A stretch of 64,000 nt of DNA from a virus: UHGV virus genome UHGV-0390448, one strand, 5' to 3'. Below are positions 1-10,311 of this stretch, piece by piece. The position numbers were made by a program, and so were the translations under genes. The notes under the pieces were generated by a model that saw only the letters and a program-made list of their open reading frames with translations, was not told the origin of the DNA and did no database searches. Every line of letters starts with the position of its first letter. Position 1 is the first letter of the stretch.

Positions 1-360
1 GTGCGGGCCGTCTGAAGTTTCGTTGCGGTTGCCGCATTACCGGTTGTGCTCTGATTACCCGTTTTATTCACGCCAGGCAAGTCGATATTGGCGCTGCCAT
101 CAAATGCCACCCCGCCGATTGTGCGGGCTGTTTGCAGTTTTGTAGCGGTTGCAGCATTACCGGTTGTGTTCTGGTTACCAGCAATGTTCACACCCGGCAG
201 GTTGATATTGGCGGTGCCATCAAATGCCACCCCGCCGATCGTTCGGGCCGTCTTGAGCTTTGTGGCAGTATCTGCGTTTCCCGTCAAATTACCTGTAATG
301 CCACCACTAACTGTTACCCCATTACCGATGGACACCAACCCAGTTCTTAAGTTTATAGAA
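1..360. repeat. Three tandem ~120-bp direct repeats inside the tail fiber gene
   Basis: Units at about 1-120, 121-240 and 241-360 are near-identical (gccatcaaatgccaccccgccgat recurring); a more diverged copy lies near 600-700 and a second duplicated ~130-bp block at about 950-1330. Confidence 0.8.
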
Positions 361-1985
361 AATGGTCTTAATGGCCCGATGTCACCATTTTCACCCTCCC
401 CTTCATTTGTCGGGATAAGATGAAGATATTCCTCGGATCTCCTGAAGATAAGGCCAAAGGCCTGGTTAAATATTCGAAGGGCATTTATTGTGCCAATTTT
501 TAGCTGCCCCCCCATTGTGTCGCCAGAACGCTGAACGGCGTTACCAGCTTGAGAAGCAATATCCGTTAAGCCAAGATCTTCAGGGGTCAGAGTAATATCT
601 GCCGAACCGTCAAATGCCACACCGTTAATCTTTCTGGCTGTTTTTAATTTCGTCGCAGTATCGGAGTTCCCGGTCAGCGTACCAGTGATCCCCGCGCTGA
701 AAGTCTGGCGCGCACTCCAGGTATTAGCTGTGCTCAACAGAGGGATCTTTTCTCCGCTGGTTCCGAGTTCTCTTAAACCAAGGTATTGGATAACAGCCAG
801 TGTGCTTGTTTTAGCAAGAATATCGCGACCGACTGACGTTAAATCAGTCTGGGCTACAGTGTCTGTTCCGGTAAAGTACGGTAATTTATTTGCTCCCGTC
901 GCCAGGCCAGCGAGCGCGGTTAAGGTTGCGTCGAGAGGCTGCTTACCTGCCAGGGCATTTGTCATTGTAGTCGCAAAGTTCGGGTCATTGCCCAGTGCTG
1001 CGGCAAGCTCATTCAGGGTATCAAGAGCTTCTGGTGATGAGCCGACCAATGCAGAAATAGCGGCACGAACATAAGCGGTTGTTGCAATCTGAGTGTTGTT
1101 CGTACCTTGTGACGCCGTAGGAGCTGTTGGAATCCCCGTAAATGCCGGGCTTAATAACGGCGCTTTAAGAGCTAACGCATCATTAATCGTCTGGCTAAAC
1201 TGGGGATCATTGTTTATTGCATCTGCAATTTTTTTCAGCGTATCCAACGCTGAAGGAGAACCATCAATAAGGGCGGTTATTGCGGCCTGAACAAAGGCAG
1301 TGTTTGCGATTTGTGTACTGTTTGTACCTTGTTCCGGAGTTGGAGATTTAGGTATACCAATAAACTCCGGGCTATCAACCGGAGCTTTTAGTTTGTTTAA
1401 CGTGCTGATAGCAAGAGGTGTTGCGGCTTTATATTCTTCGTCACTATCCAAAGCACTGGAAAACTCAACACCTACAGCACGATTAGCACGATATTCAGTG
1501 CTAATCATATCTGCGGTAACGGCTTGAGCATTGTCAGGCACGATCACGCGGCATAGCTCAATCTGGTTAGATGCTATTTCCTCATCAACGAGAGCAATAA
1601 TTCTCGCTGCGCTAATATCCGATGAACTATCTACCTGGCTGGTTTTCACTCCATGTTCGTAATTAGCTTCAAGAACGATGATTGTCGTTACACCAGCTTC
1701 TACAGGAACAAGAACATCACTGACTTGCTGCACGGATATCTGACATTTACCCACGTCAATTGAAGCCGCCCCTCTTCCCTCTGTTTTCTCGGATGTAATC
1801 CGCACAAACAGACCACCCCCTGGCACCGGGTCAAACCCACAGTACACTCCGGGCAGAACGATATTTTTCATCTTCCTGTTTAGAGCTTCGGTGCTATACA
1901 GCTCAAAGTATTGCATGTCTGCAATTAGTGGAGCGGAAATGTCCGAAGATAAGGTGACAATATTCTTTACTTTATCTGCGCACAT
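1..1985 (-). CDS. Tail fiber protein, 5-prime part; ORF runs off the window edge
   Basis: Minus-strand ATG at 1985 preceded by GAGGGA RBS, directly after the stop of the upstream gene; frame stays open to position 1. Hand translation gives tandem ~40-aa repeats (ATKLKTARTIGGVAFDGSANI) typical of phage tail fibers. Confidence 0.75.
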   Translation of the reverse strand, partial: MCADKVKNIVTLSSDISAPLIADMQYFELYSTEALNRKMKNIVLPGVYCGFDPVPGGGLFVRITSEKTEGRGAASIDVGKCQISVQQVSDVLVPVEAGVTTIIVLEANYEHGVKTSQVDSSSDISAARIIALVDEEIASNQIELCRVIVPDNAQAVTADMISTEYRANRAVGVEFSSALDSDEEYKAATPLAISTLNKLKAPVDSPEFIGIPKSPTPEQGTNSTQIANTAFVQAAITALIDGSPSALDTLKKIADAINNDPQFSQTINDALALKAPLLSPAFTGIPTAPTASQGTNNTQIATTAYVRAAISALVGSSPEALDTLNELAAALGNDPNFATTMTNALAGKQPLDATLTALAGLATGANKLPYFTGTDTVAQTDLTSVGRDILAKTSTLAVIQYLGLRELGTSGEKIPLLSTANTWSARQTFSAGITGTLTGNSDTATKLKTARKINGVAFDGSADITLTPEDLGLTDIASQAGNAVQRSGDTMGGQLKIGTINALRIFNQAFGLIFRRSEEYLHLIPTNEGEGENGDIGPLRPFSINLRTGLVSIGNGVTVSGGITGNLTGNADTATKLKTARTIGGVAFDGTANINLPGVNIAGNQNTTGNAATATKLQTARTIGGVAFDGSANIDLPGVNKTGNQSTTGNAATATKLQTAR

Positions 1986-1987
1986 AA

Positions 1988-2434
1988 TTATCCCTCGACC
2001 TGTTCAATGGTCATGAGCAAGCTGTATCGCTTACCTTTGAATAAGGTGTCCTGTTGAGTGCAAACAACCCCAAAAGCCTGATCCTCTGCATCTACGAGAA
2101 CCAGCGTATTGAAATCGTAAGGTGTATCGTCCGGCATCGTTTCTTGTGGAAAAGCGGCATTAATCGTAATGACACCATCGAGGCTGGAAAGAATGAGATT
2201 GGATTCAGCAAAATGCTGTGCATCACTTAACTTGAAGTCGAGCGGAATATCAGAAATAGTCCAGCCACCAGCACTATTTACCGTCACAAGATCTGACTTG
2301 CACCAATAAGCCTTTGTCATAACAAAACGCTCACCCCTGCCGATTGCAGACTCTGCACGGCGAGAGTAGTAGTAAGAAAGGAGTTGCGCCTTGTAAATAC
2401 TTGAATCGCTTTGAGATTTTAAAGTTTCAGCCAT
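1988..2434 (-). CDS. Hypothetical tail/baseplate-associated protein
   Basis: 148-aa ORF immediately upstream of the fiber gene on the same strand with abutting stop/start; function by position only. Confidence 0.45.
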   Translation of the reverse strand: MAETLKSQSDSSIYKAQLLSYYYSRRAESAIGRGERFVMTKAYWCKSDLVTVNSAGGWTISDIPLDFKLSDAQHFAESNLILSSLDGVITINAAFPQETMPDDTPYDFNTLVLVDAEDQAFGVVCTQQDTLFKGKRYSLLMTIEQVEG

Positions 2435-2550
2435 AAGAACATAGCCCCTTTAACAAGCAATAAATCGAAGGGCAGTATGTTCAGTTTGTGATTTCCGGTG
2501 GTCTTCTATTTTAAGAAATGGCCCCACCCAGTTTGGCGGGGCCTGGTTTG

Positions 2551-3393
2551 CTAAGGTGCAAAATTATAATCCAGCGCCCAGGCGTCGAGCGGAAGTTCAT
2601 CGAGATGAAGCACTCTTTCCGTCGTCCGGTCTGGCCTTCCAGCGAACTGGATGCCGTCTAATTGAATGATCGTATCGCTAATAGATAGTTCATCGACCAT
2701 CTCTTGCGTCGTGTACACCCCCTCAATAAAGGACACTTCCGCAGATAAGCAATTCAGGATCTCCGCCATTTCCGGCAATGTTGCGCTCAACTGGAAAGAA
2801 ACACCATCAAACACGATATGCAATGGCAATAGCGGCGCTATAACCGTATCAAAATCAGCAAGTAGCTTCTGTACAGCAACGTCTCTGTCATCGCTATCAT
2901 AAGCTCGATACAGCTTATTTTGGTTGACGACAACCAGCCCTCTGGATGTCAGGAAAAACTCACCATATTGTGCCTGAGCGGTCGGTATTTCATTTGCGGT
3001 CGCGAAGAATGAACCATAGGGATGTTTTTCTGTATCGACAGGCGCATACAAAGGTTCCCATGAGACGGGGATTGTGCCAAATTCACGCCAGAACGTTTGC
3101 TCTATCGGCCTTACTGTTCCTTTGAAGTGCACCTCATCCAGTCGTTGAGCTAATAGCATTGGCCTGCGTGTTTTGTCCGTTTCTGTGATAACAAAGAAAC
3201 GACCATATTCAGCAATGCGAGTGTCCATATCCTCGCTTGCCATTGTGAAAAACGATTTACGGTTGCTTATTCGCGTGAGAATAGGTTCAACCGATTCATT
3301 CCACACGTCCTGAATCGTATCAACAAAGGCGGCCCACAATTTAGAATCCTGTTTAAATTGCGTCAGACGCTCTTTTAGCCAGTTATTCTGCAT
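2551..3393 (-). CDS. Putative baseplate protein
   Basis: 280-aa ORF in a co-directional tail module between a gp25/W-like gene and the fiber; positional inference. Confidence 0.4.
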   Translation of the reverse strand: MQNNWLKERLTQFKQDSKLWAAFVDTIQDVWNESVEPILTRISNRKSFFTMASEDMDTRIAEYGRFFVITETDKTRRPMLLAQRLDEVHFKGTVRPIEQTFWREFGTIPVSWEPLYAPVDTEKHPYGSFFATANEIPTAQAQYGEFFLTSRGLVVVNQNKLYRAYDSDDRDVAVQKLLADFDTVIAPLLPLHIVFDGVSFQLSATLPEMAEILNCLSAEVSFIEGVYTTQEMVDELSISDTIIQLDGIQFAGRPDRTTERVLHLDELPLDAWALDYNFAP

Positions 3394-3402
3394 TGTGACC
3401 TC

Positions 3403-4833
3403 TTACGGATAAGTTATGCTGAACGTTGATGATTCCACGTCCAGATAAACAAAATCATTAAAGTACACAGCTTCTTTCATGTTCTGCGTAGCCACGTCAT
3501 AAGACAGGAACATATCCAGCGATTCGATTACTCGCCAGATATCTTTTACTTTGACCTGTGCATAACATTGCTGTGAGTCGTCATCACTCTGCAATAGCTG
3601 GCTAAATGACATGGAGTCTTTACCGAAGTTCTCCTCCAGTGCCGCTTTAATTGCAGTTAGCGCGTCATCCACCAGCACACTCTTTTTTACGATACCGGTA
3701 AATTTGATGTTGAACGGCTGTTCATTGGTGGCGACGTATTCGAACTTCTTATTCAGCTCATTAGGGATACTCTCAAGGGCTGATAATATCTCTGTTTTCA
3801 GAGCTTCCTGTGTTACGCCGGGCTTATGCCCACAAAAGAAAATTTTGTTGATATTACGCACATCAAAGCCCGTTATTTTCTCCTGTAGCGCCTCCCCCCA
3901 CACGTTAAGCCATGACGTGCCACTGACCACGTTCTGAATGAACTGGCGGTAATCACCGCCCCAAACAACCTGCTCATCGTAGGCCACATAATACTGCGCC
4001 CTGTTTCGGGTTTCCTCGGTAGTTTCCATGCCACCACCGCCAGAAATGATCGAATCGGTTTTTACTTCCAGTGATTCGACATACCCGGAGATGTTCCCTG
4101 CTGGTTCAAGTTTCTGGCCTTCAGCCAGCGTGTAATCACCGAGGCTGGCCATAATATCAATGCGTACCTGACTCCCTGCCGCTGGCATCATCCCCATTGA
4201 TCCATCACCGAAGCGCACGCCGATCTGTTCTGTCGGCTTATAAACCAACACATAATGTTTACTGTTATCCCTGGACATGCGGAATAGGGGGTTATGTGTC
4301 CATTTTTCCTCGACACCATTAGTTATCACGACAACTTCCAGGCTGGCGACTTCTGCTGTTAACTCACGGGAAAGTAACAACGTCAGGAATGGTGTTTCTT
4401 GCACCACGTCGAACGTTATGCTGACTGCTTCATGCTGTTTTACTTCTATGCCGGATACTGTTTCACCAGCAGGGATAACAACACTACTGCTTGTTGCAAT
4501 TGGTGTCTGGTCACTTGTCAGTAATTCAGCCCCTCCGGGTAGCGTAATATCCCTGTCGGTTTTGTTGGTGATGGAAACAGTGCCGTATGACGCATCGACC
4601 AAACGACCGACATAGCCACGGTCTTCCGCTGCCGCGAGAATACTTGCTCTGCGCGTCGCGGTGGAAATGAATCCTTCTGTAAGTGCACGGCTTGCAAATG
4701 TACGCGCAATATAAACAATCTGCGCGCCAAAAACGGACTGCATTTGAATAAACTGGCTGTTTACAAATCGCGCCCACCAGGGGTTTTCGTTCAGCTTGGC
4801 ATTAAACTTGTCCAGTAATTCGGTAATACTCAC
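3403..4833 (-). CDS. Putative baseplate protein (J-like by position)
   Basis: 476-aa ORF immediately downstream of the gp25/W-like gene with 4-nt overlap, the usual place for a baseplate J-type protein. Confidence 0.4.
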   Translation of the reverse strand: MSITELLDKFNAKLNENPWWARFVNSQFIQMQSVFGAQIVYIARTFASRALTEGFISTATRRASILAAAEDRGYVGRLVDASYGTVSITNKTDRDITLPGGAELLTSDQTPIATSSSVVIPAGETVSGIEVKQHEAVSITFDVVQETPFLTLLLSRELTAEVASLEVVVITNGVEEKWTHNPLFRMSRDNSKHYVLVYKPTEQIGVRFGDGSMGMMPAAGSQVRIDIMASLGDYTLAEGQKLEPAGNISGYVESLEVKTDSIISGGGGMETTEETRNRAQYYVAYDEQVVWGGDYRQFIQNVVSGTSWLNVWGEALQEKITGFDVRNINKIFFCGHKPGVTQEALKTEILSALESIPNELNKKFEYVATNEQPFNIKFTGIVKKSVLVDDALTAIKAALEENFGKDSMSFSQLLQSDDDSQQCYAQVKVKDIWRVIESLDMFLSYDVATQNMKEAVYFNDFVYLDVESSTFSITYP

Positions 4834-5204
4834 GCTGTATCTCCGCTATCTTTCTGCATAACAACATTCACGGTGCCTCCTTTTGCCTGGAAGCTAATTA
4901 GTAACTGGTCTTCAGAGACAGTCGCGCAGCGGATCGCCTGGAGTCCAAGCCCTGGTAAGTCCTGCTGTAGCTTCGTCATCATTCGCGCTTCAATCGCCAC
5001 TTCAACAATGTGTGACGTATCAGAACCGAAGGGTTCGTGTTTGAACTCCTCCATCGGATTCCCCCATGACGGCAATCCGTAAACGCTGCCATTTGGTGTC
5101 CGTAGCCATTCATCGAGTCGGGCTATCCAGGCGTTTGTGTCGCCTTCAGCGATCACCACCCCGCTCTCGTTTGTCTGAAGGCGGGCATCAATCTCATAAA
5201 GCAT
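4830..5204 (-). CDS. Baseplate wedge protein, gp25/W-like
   Basis: 124 aa, contains GSVYGLPSWGNPMEEF resembling the conserved gp25/GPW motif; lies directly after the tape measure gene. Confidence 0.5.
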   Translation of the reverse strand: MLYEIDARLQTNESGVVIAEGDTNAWIARLDEWLRTPNGSVYGLPSWGNPMEEFKHEPFGSDTSHIVEVAIEARMMTKLQQDLPGLGLQAIRCATVSEDQLLISFQAKGGTVNVVMQKDSGDTA

Positions 5205-5209
5205 CGGTC

Positions 5210-8200
5210 TTAATCCTCCAGTAATTTGTCAAGAGATGGGTCATTGATAGTCGTGCTGGCACGCTGACGAGGTTGTGGTTGTGATGTGTTCACAACTTTG
5301 TCCTGATCGCCTTTGCGGTTGTCTTTGCTTACGCCAAGAATCTCTTTGAGAACGGAATAAACGTTCTCCAGTGCTTTCAACATAGCCGGATCGTTATTTG
5401 CGGTATCTGTTGTTAGCATCTGCCTTATTCCGCTTCGTGCGAGGTCCGTGACGGTTGGTAGCTGAGGAGGCATTGCAAGGAACGGTTCTTTAGCAGCCAC
5501 GCCCGAAGCAAACAGGCTTTGATTGATTGCACCAGTCGTGTCCCTGATCGTATCCGCCGTTTTCTGTATGCCACCATTCAGCCAGCCGCCAACACTTCTT
5601 GTTAACGGACTAATAGCGCGAGCAACATCGGTATTCTGTCCAGAGGACTGCAATACAAAGTCATTTAACATTCCGGTGCTATCGATACCGCCAACAAGTC
5701 GCGAGAGGTTATCTCCAACGGCGGGGAGGACGGCGGAGCCTACCTGTTTAAGCCCTGACACCGTTGAATCAAATAGCGAGCCAAAGAAGCCCCTGTCCTC
5801 ACCTTCAACCACCTTGTAGCCGTTGTCGTAAATCTGCACACCCGCCGGTGTCGATGTGGCACGCTTCCCGCTGATGGTTGCCGGACTCTCCGGAAGCAGG
5901 TCAATGGTTTCTGTATCGCGGTTAACGTTGCGCTTTTGCTGTATAGCCGTAGTGATATCGGCGATCTGTTCCGCCTTCTGGAAACTAAAGTTTTTGCCCG
6001 TTGCTCTGGATATTTTTTCAACAAGGAACTTATCCAATTGCTTGGCTTTTGCTGCTAACGAGGACATCTCTTCCGGAGAACTGACAGGGCCGAGATTTAG
6101 CCCCATATTGGGATCTCCCCCAACTATCCCGGCGATGACGCCCCCAACACCGTCTGCACTCATTAACCGATCCGTCAATTCGGCTGCGGCGGAAGATTTG
6201 CCACTAGCTTTCGCGTGGCTGATCGCCTGGGCATTTTCCTGTTGAGCCGCCTTCGGTTTTTTAGCTGCCTGTGCGTGTTGAACCACATCAGTAGGGGTAG
6301 GCATTACAGCCTGGGCTACGCTTGACGCAGGAATAGCAGAAGATGAGCCGTTGGCGTATTTGACTTTGCTACCGACACTATATTGGGAGTTGCGAGCGAT
6401 TAGAGGACCGCCCTTTTCCTTCTGGATTTTATTAATGTGTTCCAGTGTTTCATCATTGAATTGCCCTTCCCAACGCCCAGTTTTAGCGTTGAATGAACCA
6501 AGAGCTGTTTTGATGAAATTGTTGTTAACCGCCGGGTTCCCCCCCTCCTTCGTCGCAATAGCGCGAACAAGGTGCGTCATAACTTCAGGGTTACTAACGT
6601 CTATTTTATCGTTGGGGGATACCCCTAGATATTTGCTGACGTTTTCAATGTACTGATTGGTGTTGTTCTCTGTTGGTGGTGCCCATTTTGAAATGATGCT
6701 GGATACTGTTTGCAGCTTCTGATACCCGGCGGCAGCACTTGTACCGTTGTAATAACTCGATACCTGGTTTGCCAATGCCCGAATCCCTTCTTCGGGCGTA
6801 TTAAACCGCGCAAAACGCTGTTCGCCTTTCGCGTTCGGCGCTTCCAGCACCGCCCCCTCCTGATTTGCAAAAACCAGGTTCCCCAGGTTGTTATTCCGGT
6901 AATTCCTGTTCTTGGCGTTGCTTCCGCCTATATTCAGATCAGCCGTTATTGTATTTTTTTCAGGCGCTTTAAATTCGTCTGGCGATTTGTAGCCGTGTTC
7001 ACCCACGCCATCCTCACCTCTGCGCCCGCCCTGTAGCTGTCGGGCCAGATCATTAATTGCGGCTACCGTTTGCTTGGTGCCATCTTCAACGGCTTTCTTA
7101 ACCTGCGCAGTGCCTTCGCTGCTTGATGAGAACGATTCTTTTAGGCTGCTGAATGCGTTCTTCGACGCGTCGATAGAACTATTTATGCCGCGAGCGATAT
7201 TGCTGGTATCAAGACTCTGAAGTTTTTGTCCGACACCTTCAAAGCCTAGCGCGGACATCCCCTCGCCAATGAGGTTAGCCGCTCCCGTCACCAGACCGCC
7301 CATATCCAGGACGTTAGCAGCGGCGTAGGCGCTCTTTTGCTGTGTTGTAACGTCCTGCCCTTCCTTCAGGTTATAAGTCGCCCTCTGCGCTTCTGTGTCG
7401 CTGTAGCCGTCTACGGCATCATAACCAACCATAGCCACCTGGCCGATGACTGGAATCGCCCTGAATCCGGCCCTTGCGGCAACACCTCCGGCAGCTTTGA
7501 GAGCCACTTTTCCAGCTTCTTTTTTCGCGATGTTTTCACCAGTGGCAACGGCAACCTTACCCGCCTCTTTCCTGGTAAGGCTTTCCCCAGCGGAAGTTGC
7601 CGCTTTACCAGCGTCTTTCCCTGCCGCTCCACCAGCCGCCGTTTTGGCTACGCTTTCTTCAGTGACCTTACCTGCTCTGGTTTTAACTGAAGATTTATCA
7701 CCCGATGATTTTGGTGAGGTACTACCCTCGTTCCCACCAGCATTTTTTGTCCGATTTTTTTCCTCGCCCGCACTGTTGTTTTTGCCTGGCTGATTTTTTT
7801 TCCCCTCTTTGCCTTCCTGACTCCTGCCCGTCTCAGTAGGTTTGCTGGTGTTTTTTCCCTTCTTGCCCTTGTTTTCTTTACTGTCTCCAGTGCGGCCCGT
7901 GTTGCCACCACGTGCACTGCTACGACCGCGTGTAGGGGATATTTTGGAACGTAATCTGCCACCGCCGAGGAGGTCGCTCAGTTTTAGCCCACTCTCCTGC
8001 GACTTTCGTAGTTTCCGGATCTCTTCGGATACAGTTTCCAGCTCATCAATTATCTGGCTGTCGTTGCGTTGAAGAACTTTCGTTTGTTCTTCGATCGCAC
8101 GTACAGATTTTTCTTTAACGGCTTCAGTAAATGCCTTTGCTGAACCGGGCGCGTTATCTGGAGTCTTCCTTTCATTGTCAGGTGCCGGGTAAGTAATGGC

Positions 8201-9073
8201 GGGGGCTTTTGCGACCACCGGTGCGCCAGCCGCCTTGTCGTTGCCATTATCTATCCATTCTTTCAATGATTTAGCCTTACCAGTAATCTCGCGGCTGATA
8301 TCAAATACGCCCCGTGCTGCCATCCATAGTGGACCACCAGCCCCTACCCCGGCAGCATCGGTTACAGCTCCATCGTCGGCTTTCCCTGAACCATCAACCC
8401 CCATAATGGAACCGAGTTTTCGCAGGAACCCAACCTGTAGTTTTGCCTGTGCGCGTAGCTCATTCTGGCGTGCGAGATCCTCGTTTTTTTTCTGAGAGGC
8501 AAATCGTCCGTTGCTATCCCGTAACGGTGCACCAGAGGTGCTCTGGCTTTCTCTAACTGGTTGTTCTTGCCTTGCAGGCTGAATGTCAGGAGTGAGCAAC
8601 TGAATGCGCTCTGGCGATGACTTCGTGGCTTTGCCTTCAGCCAGTGGTGCTGTTTTTGATTCCGAATGAGCGGTGCGGTGATCTGCTGCTGCTTTTTGCG
8701 GATTATCTATCTCGCTAGTGTTGTTTATACGTAATCTCTGTTTCCTGGTAGGGAGCCGGTCTTTATACGGCCCCTGTGTGAAACTGTTGCGTTGCGCCCC
8801 TGCTTTTCCTGTTCGGGCCAAGCGACGACTTACGCGTCCTTGTGGTGCGTCGCTGGTATCAGGATTGCGTCCGTAAGACTCAAGTGCTTTTTTTATTTCT
8901 GAAAGCGCAGCTAGCTCTTTCGCGTTTGCCGTTTGTATTGCGTCGATTATCGCTATTCGGTCTTTTTTATCGTTCAAAATAACCTCACTTACATCGGCGG
9001 TGATCACCCTGTTTTTTTGGCGTGGGCTTTGTATTTCTCTTCCAGTGCTTTTTCCATATGGAGTGCCCGCCAC
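5210..9073 (-). CDS. Tail tape measure protein
   Basis: 1287-aa ORF with long low-complexity G/A/K-rich central region and coiled-coil segments, located upstream of baseplate genes. Confidence 0.8.
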   Translation of the reverse strand: MAGTPYGKSTGREIQSPRQKNRVITADVSEVILNDKKDRIAIIDAIQTANAKELAALSEIKKALESYGRNPDTSDAPQGRVSRRLARTGKAGAQRNSFTQGPYKDRLPTRKQRLRINNTSEIDNPQKAAADHRTAHSESKTAPLAEGKATKSSPERIQLLTPDIQPARQEQPVRESQSTSGAPLRDSNGRFASQKKNEDLARQNELRAQAKLQVGFLRKLGSIMGVDGSGKADDGAVTDAAGVGAGGPLWMAARGVFDISREITGKAKSLKEWIDNGNDKAAGAPVVAKAPAITYPAPDNERKTPDNAPGSAKAFTEAVKEKSVRAIEEQTKVLQRNDSQIIDELETVSEEIRKLRKSQESGLKLSDLLGGGRLRSKISPTRGRSSARGGNTGRTGDSKENKGKKGKNTSKPTETGRSQEGKEGKKNQPGKNNSAGEEKNRTKNAGGNEGSTSPKSSGDKSSVKTRAGKVTEESVAKTAAGGAAGKDAGKAATSAGESLTRKEAGKVAVATGENIAKKEAGKVALKAAGGVAARAGFRAIPVIGQVAMVGYDAVDGYSDTEAQRATYNLKEGQDVTTQQKSAYAAANVLDMGGLVTGAANLIGEGMSALGFEGVGQKLQSLDTSNIARGINSSIDASKNAFSSLKESFSSSSEGTAQVKKAVEDGTKQTVAAINDLARQLQGGRRGEDGVGEHGYKSPDEFKAPEKNTITADLNIGGSNAKNRNYRNNNLGNLVFANQEGAVLEAPNAKGEQRFARFNTPEEGIRALANQVSSYYNGTSAAAGYQKLQTVSSIISKWAPPTENNTNQYIENVSKYLGVSPNDKIDVSNPEVMTHLVRAIATKEGGNPAVNNNFIKTALGSFNAKTGRWEGQFNDETLEHINKIQKEKGGPLIARNSQYSVGSKVKYANGSSSAIPASSVAQAVMPTPTDVVQHAQAAKKPKAAQQENAQAISHAKASGKSSAAAELTDRLMSADGVGGVIAGIVGGDPNMGLNLGPVSSPEEMSSLAAKAKQLDKFLVEKISRATGKNFSFQKAEQIADITTAIQQKRNVNRDTETIDLLPESPATISGKRATSTPAGVQIYDNGYKVVEGEDRGFFGSLFDSTVSGLKQVGSAVLPAVGDNLSRLVGGIDSTGMLNDFVLQSSGQNTDVARAISPLTRSVGGWLNGGIQKTADTIRDTTGAINQSLFASGVAAKEPFLAMPPQLPTVTDLARSGIRQMLTTDTANNDPAMLKALENVYSVLKEILGVSKDNRKGDQDKVVNTSQPQPRQRASTTINDPSLDKLLED

Positions 9074-9127
9074 TGCGGTAATTGTTCAACGTCACTAACT
9101 GGCTGGTAGCCGTATAACGTCAGGTTA

Positions 9128-10075
9128 TTAATAATGGTTAGCCATCCATTCAGATCTAATTGATGGGATAAACTCTCTATTGAGAAATGGGGCGTACAGC
9201 GTGGTAGTCACGTCTGCACCCTCCTTAGCGTTTTTGCAGCGTTGTGGCGGTAGGATCAGGCGGCTTGTGCCTCGTTCAATAGCCATTTTTAAGCCGTGGC
9301 GAAGGTCTTTCTGCATGAGCTGAATGCGAGCTACCAGAGGGGTAAACTCGGTTTCCAGTGCCATGTTTTCAATGATATCGAATCGTCTGTTTGCAGCTTG
9401 TGTGAAGTCTTCTGGATCGTCGTTCAGAGATGTACACAAGGCCAACTCAGCTATGCGGAGACGAGCAACCTCAGCACTGTACTCTGGAGTTTTCATATCA
9501 GGCAAAGTGGCGCGCATACGCTCAAGCAATTCAGCGCCTTTCCCTGTTAGTGGTTTAAGCGTCCACTCGGTTGGTACTCCGTTTATAGGGACCATAGTTT
9601 TAATAAACGGCGGGACTGTCAGGATTTCTACCGTTTCGGCAAGGTCTGAAAGGTTAATATCTGCGTGATGAACGTTTCCACAGTGACCACACTCGTATGA
9701 GTAAGTCATTACGGCATCTGGTCTGGAATTGACAAAGATCCACCAAAGCGCGGTTCTGCGATCCTGAACTGTCCAGTTTGAGCTGTCGTTAATTTCGCCA
9801 TCTTGCATGGCGTTGAGGTATTCTGTTGTGGTTGCCTCGTCTTCTGCCGGATTGATGTCTGAATATTTCAGGGCATCTTTCACAGTAGGTGCATGAAACT
9901 GAATTTCTATTTCAGGCTGTGAAGGTAATGGGAATTTGGGAATGTTCAAGGATTCCTCCAGAAAAGTCGGTACTCGTTTGGCTGGAGGATAGGGAGTGTG
10001 TGATTTTGACTTTAACCTATTTATCCACAGGGTAGATCCAATAAATAGATCCCAAAGAGAACCAGTAAGATCCAA
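9128..10075 (-). CDS. Hypothetical protein (possible tail assembly protein by position)
   Basis: 315-aa ORF directly upstream of the tape measure gene; its 5-prime end overlaps the DnaA-box/GATC part of the replication origin. Confidence 0.45.
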   Translation of the reverse strand: MDLTGSLWDLFIGSTLWINRLKSKSHTPYPPAKRVPTFLEESLNIPKFPLPSQPEIEIQFHAPTVKDALKYSDINPAEDEATTTEYLNAMQDGEINDSSNWTVQDRRTALWWIFVNSRPDAVMTYSYECGHCGNVHHADINLSDLAETVEILTVPPFIKTMVPINGVPTEWTLKPLTGKGAELLERMRATLPDMKTPEYSAEVARLRIAELALCTSLNDDPEDFTQAANRRFDIIENMALETEFTPLVARIQLMQKDLRHGLKMAIERGTSRLILPPQRCKNAKEGADVTTTLYAPFLNREFIPSIRSEWMANHY

Positions 10076-10234
10076 AGAAGATCCCGGATCGCTGCGAGCC
10101 GCGCCATCACTGGCCTAAATGGAGATCAACATTGACTATGTGCGATTTAATGTTGACTATGTGCGATTTAATGTTGACTGTACGCGATTTAATGTTGACT
10201 ATATGCGATATAAACATTGACTGTATGCGATAAT
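10022..10234. promoter_or_regulatory. Plasmid replication origin: DnaA box, five GATC sites (four in AGATCC context), five ~21-bp direct iterons
   Basis: Perfect DnaA box TTATCCACA at 10022-10030; GATC at 10036, 10049, 10069, 10081, 10088; five tandem iterons (consensus aatgttgactatgtgcgattt) at 10131-10234, immediately upstream of repA. Confidence 0.8.
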
Positions 10235-10311
10235 TCTCTCAGCCCTCAGACGGCTGTGGATAAGTATCTTTCATTTGGCTATAAAGCCCCGTCAATCAAG
10301 GAAATAACAGG

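Noticed and set aside
88-1527. Several plus-strand ORFs of 65-130 aa in the track over the first 1.5 kb
   Set aside because: They lie antisense to a continuous minus-strand tail fiber reading frame whose translation shows coherent tandem protein repeats; their compositions are low-complexity artefacts of the repeat DNA.
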